Shown here piece by piece: positions 12,111 through 24,029 of a DNA stretch of 64,000 nucleotides. Each line of letters begins with the position of its first letter. Position 1 is the stretch's first letter. A program made the translations under genes and the position numbers. Where the stretch lies: positions 6,745,731 to 6,809,730 of the forward strand of contig OZ199838.1 of NCBI GenBank assembly GCA_964304625.1, in the 5' to 3' direction. Source of the DNA: Kudoa neothunni. Lineage: Eukaryota; Animalia; Cnidaria. Below the pieces are notes generated by a model. That model was not told where the DNA came from. It did no database searches and saw nothing but the letters and a program-made list of their open reading frames with translations.

Positions 12111-13249
12111 GTTGGGATTTTTTTATTCTGAGTCTGAAATCTAACGCATTTATGGACACACTAGATTAAAATTAGACGTAATAATTTGCGCATGTGAAAT
12201 AATTGTATATTTAAACGTTATCTATTTGAATGAACCGGATATCACATCCAAAATCGGACTGTGTATTCTAACCCTCGAACATCTGAGGAAAAAAGTTACA
12301 CGAGTACTAGGAGGTGGACACTGTGACCACATGCAAAAATGTATTAAAATAATAAAAATCGTTTCCCTTAAGATTAAGAACATAATTATGTAAGTTATTT
12401 TTTACATTTTAAATACAATAAATTTAATAAAAATAAATAAATAAATGATGCATTTTTGTTACGTTTATTTGAGCACGTGCGAAGAACAGGAATAATTATG
12501 CCTGTATATACTTTGAATTGCGTAAAAAATTAGGAATAAACTGTTTTATTATTTCATGATTTTTCACATTTTCTTCCCCTTATTATTATTATTTTAACAT
12601 CTAAGGTTTTGGTGAATTTCTCAAAATCCATGATTTTATTATGAATTCTCTTCCCCGTTGACAAAAGTATGTTAAATATATAAATTCGTACTTTATCAAT
12701 TGAAATTTGGCATTATAAATTAAGTTATAAAGAAGAAATATTTATTATATATAGTCTAAGAATTTTTAGCTTTTGGATTTTTGAGTTATAAGATGGTACA
12801 AATTAAACTTTAAACAACTATATTTAACTTGCTACTTTTTGTTGATATGTAATTTAAAATTATTATAATATGCACGATTCCCATGCCAGATTAAATTAGG
12901 TAACAGAGTCAAGTTGTTATAGAAATAAAAAATGAATTTAATAGGGTTCCCTGCTTCAAGGCTCATTTATAATGTTTATTTTATTGCGGAAAAACTTTAT
13001 ATATATATATATATATATATAACTATCTGAATGTTATTATTAATATGGTAGGCATGTTCGAGTATGTGTATCTTTTTTTCTTTTTTTGATTTTAAGCGAA
13101 AAGAGAAAACGTAAAACTTCGTTATTTAAGTATTTTTAAAAGCACCATTGTACTATTAAAATACGCCAAGGAAAAAAAGAAAAGAAAATATTTTGTAAAA
13201 GTTATTGATATAATAACAGCTGATAAATATATTCAATAAATATGCCACA

Positions 13250-13600
13250 AATAACATTGCAAACTATAAAATTACAAATGATATAATTAAAGTCGTTATT
13301 CATCTCCTGGTTAATGAAGAAAAATCTCTAGAAGACGTTTCCTGCCACGACAAAATACCCAAGTCTACTTAGAGGCATATGATAGAAAAAACAAGCTTTC
13401 GCGTATATGCGAAAAGATACAAGAGATGGCTTATAAAGAAATCCAACGTCAACTTGTTCAACTAATTCATGATGACAGCACAACTATTTTGTAAGCAATG
13501 ATAGCAAAGCCAATTGTTGATATCAGTCCTACAACAGTTTGGAGGTAGCTAAAGTCCTTTAAAATATAGCAGTGGATATTCTTGCGATGAAGAATATCAC
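13250..13600 (+). pseudogene. Tc1-like transposase DNA-binding (HTH) remnant
   Basis: Decayed frames including DISPTTVWR*LKS (typical VS..TV.R.L helix). Ends not defined. Confidence 0.4.
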
Positions 13601-13652
13601 CTAGAATAATTGAGATATTAAGACACCGATTTCATTAATGAGTGAAGCTATT

Positions 13653-13675
13653 CCCCCCCCCCCCCCCCCCCCCCC
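13653..13675. repeat. Poly-C tract (23 nt)
   Basis: Uninterrupted C23 in AT-rich context. Confidence 0.95.
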
Positions 13676-14596
13676 AAAATGAAATACAATAAAGTTATAT
13701 TTGGATTAAAATTTACTGATGGGTTTGGGAGTTAGATCCTGATATGATTTAAATTTCGTCTAAGTATACACTTATTTTTAAAAATAATCTTTAGAAGAAT
13801 ATTTATATTGCGGTGAAAATGCTTTATTTATCTCCACATGTTCGTCGAATTTGAGAAGCGCACGTTCTCCAAAATGCTTACTTCACAGATACAATGACCT
13901 GGATCGTTTATTGAAATAAAAGTAACCGTATTTAATTTGATCAACTTTATGTAAAATAAAATATTTGTTACGTTAAATTTGTTGACTTATGTATGCAGCC
14001 ACTGCACCCCATAGGTCATCTAGTGATAAATGTTTATTTAATATTTGACGAGGCTGTTATTCGAATTAATTTATATTTTAAACGAAAGGGGATGATATAA
14101 ATTTTATTTTTTGTAAAATATTATTTCTTCCGTGTTTTGAAAGTTCAATAATGTTTGTTCCATTACCTTCTGCCTTATAAATTGAATTTTGATCTATAGA
14201 TTTAAAACTAAGAATGAAGGTTAGGATTTCTAGTTTTTTGAATATCAAAATAATTATAATACGGCAAGATCTCGATATTTGGAGGTTCGATATAATGTAA
14301 TGTAGCTGGCCTTTTTTTAATGTATATACTCAACATTATAAAGTTCTCGATGTATATAGTCTTTTAATTTAGCATTATACACAAAAATATGAAATGAAAG
14401 TTATTTGACGCAATTTTCGTGAAATTCAGGGTCTTGCTATTAGGCAATATTTGCCTCAAATTTTAATCGGCTTAATCCTCTACATTAACATTCGAACGTT
14501 CTTTATTGAGAGGAAAAAAATTTGAATAAAAAATTAAAATTATTCAACATTATGATTCAATTAAATCAATATAAAATTCCAATAATGACTCTAGAG

Positions 14597-14761
14597 CAGC
14601 GCGTCCCAACTAAAACTGGGCTCGCATCCCCTTGCATACGATAAGATGTAACTGACCTAAAATTTATCAAAAATGATTTTCAATTTTGATCTAATCTCTC
14701 ACCACCTGAGACCAAAGTTCGCACCCCCCAAGGTGCGGGCACCCTCAGTTGGGAACCCCTG
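14597..14761. mobile_element. hAT MITE (165 bp), copy 1
   Basis: TIR CAGCGCGTCCCAAC / GTTGGGAACCCCTG with perfect 8-bp TSD CTCTAGAG. Homologous to 47850-48045. Confidence 0.9.
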
Positions 14762-14788
14762 CTCTAGAGTGTCACGGAATATCATATA

Positions 14789-15639
14789 CAGTAAGTGACC
14801 GATTTCATGCACTTTTTAAAAACCTGTTTAGTTAGAATATTGATTGGCCAATTTCACACATTTTTTTTCGGGAAATTCTTGTTTATTATTTAGTTAAGTC
14901 AATATTTAATTCCAAAAAACTCCTATAACTATACCTATTGCCGAAAAGTACAATATTACTTATTATCGTGAAAGTCTCCAATCTAATGACACAAAAACTG
15001 TCACTGTATCACGTTTTAAAATGTCTATTATCTCGGTTCCTAATGGCATCCTAGAGATGAAAAATACTATAATCAAGACCTATAAATGTTTTTAGAATCT
15101 AAAAATAGAAATTGTATGTATGCAGTCAATTTAATTCTGTTGATGAAGATGCATATTGATGGATTGGATGGACACGAAGCAAAAAGATTGTAGTAAGCTT
15201 CGTCACGATAATCATCAAGAAAAATTAATTGGTCAAAGAAAACGATTTACCTTCATGTGCAATTGTGCAATTCGTGGAGGGTTTCGTTGTTTTAAAAAAA
15301 GGTCCAACATCAAAAAGTCAAATTTGACTAGATAATCTGCTGATGCTACGTCCGAAACTATTTCAGAGTAGATCAATCAATTCAGAACATTTTTTTAAAA
15401 GATACTCTGAAAATTTTATTCATAATGTAAACGAAACTGCCTTATTCTACCGATGACATCATGGGGAGTATTTCATAGATCGTTGAAAAAATATTTTTGT
15501 GCTGTTAACACGTTTTAATTATCTTTAAAAAATTAATATATAGTTAATCGGCCCTTTTAAACGCAACTTAATCATTATTAAATGTCAATTTTTTCTGAAA
15601 CAATTTTGCACACAAGTGTGTGAAATTGGTTTCTTACTG
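14789..15639 (+). mobile_element. Internally deleted pogo/Tigger element
   Basis: TIR CAGTAAGTGACCGATTTCATGCACTT / AAGTGTGTGAAATTGGTTTCTTACTG. Remnants GGFRCFKKR and IHNVNETALFYR. Confidence 0.7.
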
Positions 15640-17025
15640 TGTTCTGTTATTGTGAGTTTTATTCAAATGAGAGTAGGCCATTTGCCTCTGAATAGGATGT
15701 TGTCTAATAAATCCAATATAATGAGCTCCAATGTTGCTTATACCTATAAAAGTGTTAACGATGCAAAATATATCCAACTCTAGATAAAGATAGAGTTTAA
15801 GCCGGATTATGTCAGAACACCAAAAAAGACAAAGATTCCAGGGTTTTTTCACCGAGAAAGCACAACTTTTTGCAGGTGATTTTAAAATCTCTGATTTCGG
15901 TTGAAGAAAACGTTGGATTGACAACTCTAATACTCGTTTTTAATTTGAAAAATTCCACTCTCTATTTAGACTATTTAGAAGCGGTAAGCGTCGATGATAT
16001 CGTTAATGATTAGGTAAACCAATTTTATGAGGTAAAAAGTAGATACGAACAAGGAACGCGTATTAACTCTTGACGAGACCACTCTTATTTATGCACACTT
16101 CACTCAACGAAAATATGCAATAAAGAATGAGTAAAATTAAAAGGGAACGAAATGAAACAATCAAACAAATCAATAATCGCATTAGAGACTGCTTAATTTA
16201 CAGGAAAATAATTTTTTCACATAGTGTAATTGATAAATTCAAAGAGACCGACTGTTTTAAAGGAAATTAATGAGTATACTGTTAAATAATACGATCAAAA
16301 AAATTGTGTGATGACTTCAACAATCTTTTTGACATTTTGAAAAATCTTGATCAAAAGTTCTCGAAAGAAACGGGAAGCGCTTATAGTGTTAGATCGATGC
16401 CATTCACATTCATAATTAAATAGTATCAACAAGATAGTTTTTTTTCGTTTCAAAATAAAAAATATATTCTTATAGCGCAAGCGCAAATCTGTTTGACAAT
16501 GATTTCGTATTGGGCACTAATAGCTCAGGTCCTCATTTAATGCGCAATATCGAGACCTTACTGTAATTATAAGTTTAGCTGAATTAATGAGACTTGTACC
16601 TTGATCGGATATGAATGCGTCTTGTGCATAAGCGCGCGTCGAATTTATCTTGATCGAACATTGATGCATCATGCGTGTGAAGCACTGTATTTTTTAACGA
16701 AAATAATGACACAAACAATGATTATAAGTGGGTAAAATATTGGTCAATTAATGGCTAATGATACATCAATTTCCATTACGCATTATCATAACCATAACCA
16801 CAACTTATCCCCAGCTTATTTATTGATACCCTGAAATTTTCATGGTCTATTCAAGTTTTCTCAGCCCCACCAGTGGTAAATATTGTCCTATCATATGTGA
16901 AACAGAAAATACATGATTATTTAGTTGAAAAATGGTATAAATCAATGAGCCCCCATTCTCGAAAAATTAGATTAAAAACAATATCAAATTTAACTTTGTG
17001 CCAATTTAGAGTTAAATTGCCTGTA

Positions 17026-17829
17026 AAGTAAAATTGCAGAATACTGGCCGCATTTAATGATTAAAGATTATAATTAGTTCGTACAATAATCCCACATTAA
17101 TGTAAATAAAATTAGTGTGATATGTGTTAAACAATTTCTGGTAGGAATGTCTGTGTTTTAATCCATTATTTTGTTGTTGTTTGTTGTTGTTGTTGTTGTT
17201 GTAACGATAAACATTTTCTATAAACGAACACGTAATGCTTCCATAGAGCATAAATTTCTTTTTCATATAGACATAGATTTAATAATAAGCAATCGCTAGG
17301 GAGAAATTGTGATAACGAGTCCAAATCATCAGTCATACTTAACTCTTAGAATACGTAAAGATCGTTTTACGTGATTGAGTGTTATGGCCTGTAGAAATGA
17401 CTGCGAGGAGCTAGAAGACATAAAATAGATTACAACAACTAAGATGTATAACAAATAGAACATTCAATATGAGATCATGTTGCCTCAACACTAAAAAACA
17501 ATAAAAATAAGGAAGTGGCTATTTTCACGGTAAATAATATTCAGGTGACACTAGTTTTGAATATATTTAATTATTTCTGGCCCTAAGAGAAAAGCGGTGA
17601 GGTGGGCCAGAAATAATTAAATATAGCAGATTTTACAAAATTAAATATATAACCAGCTTGTAAGCTGGAGTTGCTGAGATTAAAAATTCTCATTGCGCAA
17701 GCGGACATGCCGTTTAGGATTAAGTTTTATCGTGCCAATTACCTCTGCCTAAAAATTACGAAATCAGTATAGCCGAATTTGTTCGTTGTCGCTTATTAGG
17801 ATTACGGTCATCATTCTGCATTTTTACTG
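17026..17829. mobile_element. TIR element with apparent 6-bp TSD
   Basis: CCTGTA|AAGTAAAATTGCAGAAT ... ATTCTGCATTTTTACTG|CCTGTA. Contains (TTG)n at ~17172-17201 and a perfect 22-bp hairpin. Confidence 0.55.
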
Positions 17830-18700
17830 CCTGTAGTTAAAAACTTGTAATTTCATAATAGGACGAAAGTGATATACGACAATAAGTCGTGCGAATTTGG
17901 CAATTAATTACTGTTATAATATACTTAAAATTTTAATCCAGTATTTGAATTAACGGATCAGCTATCAACAAAACAAATTGTGAAATGTCACACAGAATTT
18001 TTCCCCGCGCAATTATAAAATATATAAAATCAAATTATTATTTGAAATTATAAAGTAATACGTATAACATAACATTTGTTGCTCAATTGTAATTATGTTT
18101 GTTGTCACCGGAGCCAGTGCATATTCATTCCTAGTAAGCAGTATATTGATCCTTCACCTGTTTACTCTACGTGATTATGGATACAAAATTTTTGTAATTA
18201 TGACCTATAGTAAAAGTAAATGAATAGTAGCATCGGCTCTGATATTTACGCCGCAGGTATACCCCGCCAATTTAATTTGGAATGCAAACAACTGTGTTTT
18301 GGTCCGATCAACAACCAACCAAGTGTTGAGTCAACATGTACGTATAATTTAGAGTAATGGAACTAATAGGTGTTATTAGCCAATCATGGCGAGTTTTGGC
18401 GAAAATCCTACCATCTACTAATGTTTAACCCCAAACCAATTGGATTTCAACCCATGGTGTCAGTTTCTCACCCTATTCATCTCCTAATAAGACCACTTAG
18501 AGCTAACAAAATGAATTTAACATCGCGTAGAATCCAAAAATAAGGCTTATTCCAACGATTATTTTTACTAAATATTTTCGGCAACTTTAATAAGATAATC
18601 GGCCAATAGAGGCTCATTTGTTTACGTAGTGGCGGATGATATTCCGCGTGGATTAGTGACGAGGACTGGGGCGAGTTTTAGTAACTTCTAAGTGTTAACG

Positions 18701-19202
18701 ATGGTAACAACGTCACCACCTATCCGCTTCTATTACTTTTTAAATGTATTTAGGCAGCTGGTAAAACTGGTAAAACTGGAAAAGATATAAAATCTAAGTC
18801 AAAGTCTATCTCTAGATCATCTAGAGCCAACCTTCAAGTGAATGATTTACTGCTTCAAGCAACTGTCTAATATCGGTTTAGTTCCCTGTTGGTAGACTTC
18901 ACAGACACATGAAACTTAGAACAACTTGCAAAGGAAGAGTTGGAGCTACTGCCGCCGTCTACATTGCTGCCATATTGGAGTACCTCACCGCGGAAGTGTT
19001 GGAGTTGGCCGGAAATGCTTGCAAGGATTTGAAGGTTAGACGTATTACTCCTCGACATCTTCAGCTTGCCATAAGAGGTGACGAAGAACTTGATACTCTT
19101 ATCAAGGCTACTATCGCCGGTGGAGGTGTTATTCCTCACATCCACAAAAGTTTGGTTACCAAAAAAGGTGACGGTAACCAACCTGGAGCACCTGATGTCT
19201 AG
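18701..19202 (+). CDS. H2AZ: Histone variant H2A.Z (H2A.V), 135 aa, 3 exons
   Basis: Exons 18701-18703 (ATG only), 18754-18837, 18882-19202. Motifs [71 protein letters not shown]. Intron positions (after ATG; LQ|FP) match animal H2A.Z genes. Confidence 0.97.
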
Positions 19203-20124
19203 TTTTTTCCGTTTTACTTCAACTTAATTTGAATGTACTATCAACATTGTTTTTGGTTGTTGATGGCTCTTTTTTCGCATTTATCAGTTGTCGTAATTGA
19301 GTCATGCCCTATGCAACTAATTGCTCTTATTCAATACAAAATTAACTTTTGGGGTGTTATTAGTTAACAACTCTCTAGTAACATATTATTTTATGGTCTA
19401 TTCAATTGTTATCGTTACGTATGTTGTCGTATTTATTTAAATGAATGTGCTAAAATAAATAATTTATTTGCACGATTCACATCGAGTCAGTTGCATCCTT
19501 GCAATAGCTCAATAAGAGGGAGTGGGTCCCTACAACTGTAAACTTACCGCCTAGCCCAATGTTTCCCCACCGGTGGGGTGTAAAAAAATTTTGGTAGCGC
19601 ATGGAAATTTAAGTGTTTAATGAACGAACCGCTCAAGTGTGATGCGGAAAATCCTGAGTATTGGTGTGGCACAGATAATGGTGAGATAACTGGGCGGCAT
19701 GACGTACTTTGAAGTCAATATAGCGATCTTCGATACCACTTATTTTTGAGTGCCGGTTAACATCTTAAAAAATACAGAAAGAAATGATTGAATATATACA
19801 AATTAATAATATTGTTTAACGTGTTGCTCCAGCTAAATGGAATCAGAATGGTTTGATCTCAATCTTGTCTCATTCAGACTCGCATATCCATTTTTTTGAT
19901 TAAACCTAATATAATATTGATTAATTTTGTATTCATATTTATTTTCGGTTGGTTCGCCTTGTGTACACGAAAGCCATTCCTAATGAAGGTTGGAGTATCA
20001 CGAGTTTCACTTGATGCGGCTTCGTACAGATTGAAGAACTAAAGGTGTTAATTTTTAAGTTACATCGATAAATTAAATTATATTTAATCGAACAGATTTT
20101 AGTTTCAATGAGAAAAGAAATATA

Positions 20125-21592
20125 CAGTCCAACAGGATTCGTACGTAATGAGTCGGGGAATGGAGTCTCATTACGTAGAATCGCTGCATTACGTACGAGC
20201 CCTGCATGCGCACTGATGATTTCGGAAATTTTTATTCTACGTTAATCATTACTTGATGCATATTTAAATGAAATAAAATAAATTTTGACATTATTTACTC
20301 CACTTATATATTGAGCGAATAATTTTAAAATGAAATAAATGGTGCGAATCGATAGTCTATTCGTGATCTTACAAAATTCTAAAAGAATTATGAAATTGCG
20401 AAAAGTACAGATAAATGGTAACAACTATTGTTATACAATAAAATGTATTTTTATTTTCTCATTTGTTCGGCTCTATGTATCTCACTACGAATCCATGTTG
20501 TCCAATTTATAAATAATGTAACAAAATCAAATTTTTGTTTTCGTTATTGAATCGTTTATAATTCTGTGAATCTCCTCCCCGGCATCGCAAGTGCCTTTAA
20601 CTTGAGTCGAATTTGTTTGTTTTAGTAGTTTAAATAGATCCTAATATTCAAGAGCTTGATTAAACGAAATGGGTGGATTCAAAATTACCGATTAATCTTC
20701 TTTATATGGGGTTTTATCATCTGTTTCAGTATTTTTTAAACCCTTAATTATTTTTTTAAGCATATGTTTAAAACATTCTTGGGCAATTTGTTTTCAAGAA
20801 CATTATCAAGTTTCTCATTCCATTCTGGACTGTTTCAGCAGGAACGCTTCCGCCTCAGCATGAAACGTAACATATTTTAATTTAACCTGGTCTTTAAATC
20901 CGTTAAGTTTCGACAGCTAAAATGATCGCTATTATTGTTACATTCCTTTGGAGCGAATCTTCTCGTCACTGAAATAATATCAATATTAACCCTCTAACGG
21001 GCTTGGGGTGTAATACACCCCAAGCCCGTTAGAGGATGGAATTTTTCGATAGCTTAGAGGGTTAATAATACCTCCGTTCACTCTTGTTTAAAATATCCAT
21101 TTACAAACTTTGTTATCAACATGACAACTGAAGCCATATTTAAACGTTTCTAGAATTGTTCAAAAGTCCTAAACCCACTGATGTTACAATCACATATCTT
21201 ATTAGAATCCCATTAAATGTTGCCATTCTTTTCAGACCATACTTACCCATAGTCATTTTTTTAAATTTCCTAACTCGTGTCCCGAGTCATAGCATAGTAT
21301 TGGATCATTTGGTACTTCTCAGAAAAGCTTTTGTAATTGCTCAGTTAGTTTTATTTTATTATTTACGCGATTACAAACGAAGCATGCAAAGTGTACTTTC
21401 AAGTACAATTTCCATTACGTAGAATAGCTGCATTCTGTACGAGCGCCATGTTGTTGATTTATTTTTTTATTTATTTGATAGCTAAAAGTATTTACTTTAT
21501 TACAAGTAAGTATTAGAAAATTTAAATTTAGTTTTGTGTAAAAAAATGGCTACTATGTACGACACCAGTTACGTACGAGCCCTGTTGCACTG
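20125..21592 (-). mobile_element. Degenerate pogo/Tigger element
   Basis: TA|CAGTCCAACAGGATTCGTACGTAA ... TTACGTACGAGCCCTGTTGCACTG|TA. Decayed CENP-B-like transposase traces on the - strand. Confidence 0.75.
20986..21065. mobile_element. Miniature piggyBac-like MITE (72 bp between TTAA sites)
   Basis: TTAA|CCCTCTAA ... TTAGAGGG|TTAA, with an internal perfect 22-bp palindrome at 20991-21035. Confidence 0.75.
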
Positions 21593-22163
21593 TATATTAA
21601 TTTCTTTCAAATTTTAATGTGATAAGGAGCTTTATTCAAGATTATCAACAGTTTAAATTAAAAAAATCAATACTTTGCAAAACGCGAGGCACGGAATTTT
21701 TTTCAAGAAAAAGTGTGGCGCGATAGAAAAAACGTTGGGAAACGCTGGCCTAATCCTATGACTCAACAACTCATCTCACCAACAAAACTTCAACAATTAA
21801 ATGGTTTGATCTACTAATTTATTAGGTTTGCTGTTTTGACATACACTCTTATTTCTATTTTAATATTTGGTGGAGACACTGAGATGAAACTATAGAAACT
21901 TTATATTTATACTCAAGGGGTATTCCGCAATTTCTACTCTTGTGAGATTAAATCTCAATGGGCCAATTAACTTTGGCATTAAGAAAATGTTGTGTATAAC
22001 GCGGATTAACACTAAAAGCCACTATATATTTTAAAATCTCTAATAAATTTACGGTGTAACACTTTTGTTAATCGCGACAATATTAAATGAACAAGATATA
22101 ACGGACTAAAGTTGAAAAAAGTATTTTACAACAAAATTGTTAGTTTGACCAAAACAAGGCTAC

Positions 22164-23570
22164 TTAGTGGATATCGTCATAACCAATGTATTTTTCGTTT
22201 TTTACCACTGAATCAACCTCGATCTCGCTATTATGATTTTCTATATTGCTCACCAGGTTTATTTGATCAGTTTTTACATCCTGGTTACCAACACTTTTGG
22301 GGTAAATTCTAGGACAAGGAGGGGCTGGTTTTTCTGTTTTCACGTCTATTTGATATCCAACTAATTTCCTTCGGTTCAAGTGCCTTAGTACAACGTGTAA
22401 TATTCTGTTGACGGCATATATCGCTAAATTTAGCGAGAGTAATGCAATCGCAGCAATAAGTCTTTCTAAATGCATAAAATCACGAGATGAATCAGCGGAA
22501 AACAAAGCAAGCGTTTGAATAACTGTAAAAGCATTGTTCCGAATTGTTGTTATTCAGAGTTGTCACCTGGGTTTCAATATGTTTTAGAATGAGCTTGTTT
22601 AGATCGTCCACGACATTGTTTGCGAATTCTAGAAAAGGATTCGTGAACATAAACATTGCAGATTATGTACCGATTCTTTCCACCGACTTTTTAAACATAT
22701 CCTAAGAATTAACATTAAAACTAGTCGGGTACAAAGACTAATTTTTGTGATCGAACATTTATTGAAACATTTTAAAGTCCAGTTACGTTAATATGCTGAA
22801 GTTGGTTTGGTGTATTATATAAAAAAATTCATTTACCAATTTTACTTCTAATTTCATTGGGTTTGTTTGTAAAGAATTTTCCTAGAATAAGAGATCAAAT
22901 ATCTTTAATCATTATTTTTAAATGTGTTTACCCCTGAATCTTCTGATGTCGAATTACCCGCTTCTTTATTCGATGGAGCTGATTTGCCTTTTTCGGACTC
23001 ATCTAAAGTTATTCAGTTATAAAACTTAGTCACGTAGATACTGATGGTGGTAGTAGGAAGTGGTGCAACAGTCGATGTTATCTCTATAATTAGTTAAGAA
23101 AATATACAAAAATTTAATTGAGTAATCGAACTACCTCTACAAATGTATGGTGATACAAGCTTGTATAAACAATTTGTTGGAACGGTTTCACACATCAATA
23201 ACTGGACATAATATTTTAAATGCTGCACTTGAGTATGTTTCTCCGAAAATCCAAACACATCAGAACACACACTAAACAATTTCCATCAGTACTTTTTTGG
23301 AGGCTTATTACAAGCGTATTATGTCATCATAATTTTGACAATATCTAATAACGGTCCCTTCATAGAATATCCATGAAGCAGTGGTTTCATTGTAGTATTT
23401 GGCAAGCTTTCCGCATTCAAACGCCACATAACCATGGACAGGAATCGTTTGCTCAGCAAACCCAAATTTTACTACGATCTTTCAGAAATTATATTAAAAA
23501 TTTATTTTAATAATTTCTATATTACGTTTATAACAATATGAAAGATAAAATATCTGGAACAGCTAACCAT
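22164..23570 (-). CDS. APP: Divergent, miniaturised amyloid precursor protein (APP) family type I membrane protein, ~314 aa, 9 exons
   Basis: Exons 23570-23526, 23478-23312, 23271-23135, 23083-23042, 23002-22932, 22881-22837, 22701-22671, 22628-22524, 22465-22164 (945 nt, open frame, all GT-AG). Signal peptide; GFLD-like VAFECGKL..W..RYCQ..FVCSDVF..LMCE..NCLYKLVSPYICR with all six Cys; TM LIAAIALLSLNLAIYAV; tail HNSEIEVDSVV..E..GYDDIH. Confidence 0.75.
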
Positions 23571-24029
23571 TAGTCTTCTGATTGTTTTTAGTTGTTACCG
23601 TCAACTTTGTGACCAAAGCTAATCAATAGCAACCAAACAATCAAGCTTATTTAAAAATTAAATTCCATTTTAACAACGTATTTAATATTGGAATAAATTT
23701 GGTAAACGACTATTTACGCAGCAAATTAATCACAACATCTAACATCATGGAACTTTGTTGTTTGCAATTTTTAAATTTGTATTTAGTTTTTCATTGTTTA
23801 TATCCCCTAAAATTATTCGCATTAGTAATTGTCAAAATTGGTTTTGTATCTATGGCAGGTTGGTACAAACACTACAAGTTATTATGTTCTGAGCTAAATT
23901 GACGCCATACAATTATCTGTATGTAAATAAAAATTGGCAAAAAAATCAATAATGTTTTTAAGTTTAACTATTCAAATTTTCGTAAATAAAATATTTATTT
24001 GTCGCGTTTTATTATGAAAATTTCATGTA

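Larger units (their letters stand above)
14262..16563 (+). mobile_element. Degenerate pogo/Tigger-type element hosting two nested insertions
   Basis: TA|CGGCAAGATCTCGATATT ... AATATCGAGACCTTACTG|TA. Remnant RVLTLDETTLIY (N.DETGLFY motif) at ~16058-16093. Confidence 0.55.
19557..21747. mobile_element. Degenerate hAT element (outer layer of a triple nest)
   Basis: GCCTAGCC|CAATGTTTCCCCA ... TTGGGAAACGCTG|GCCTAATC (6/8 TSD match). Confidence 0.5.

Noticed and set aside
17054-17266. ORF with a poly-Asn/Gln tract
   Set aside because: Translation of a (TTG)n microsatellite inside a TIR element.
18060-18540. Divergent gene upstream of H2A.Z
   Set aside because: Higher GC and a small palindrome, but no spliceable open frame found; probably promoter sequence (several CCAAT motifs).
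18867-19181. 104-aa - strand ORF
   Set aside because: Antisense shadow of H2A.Z.
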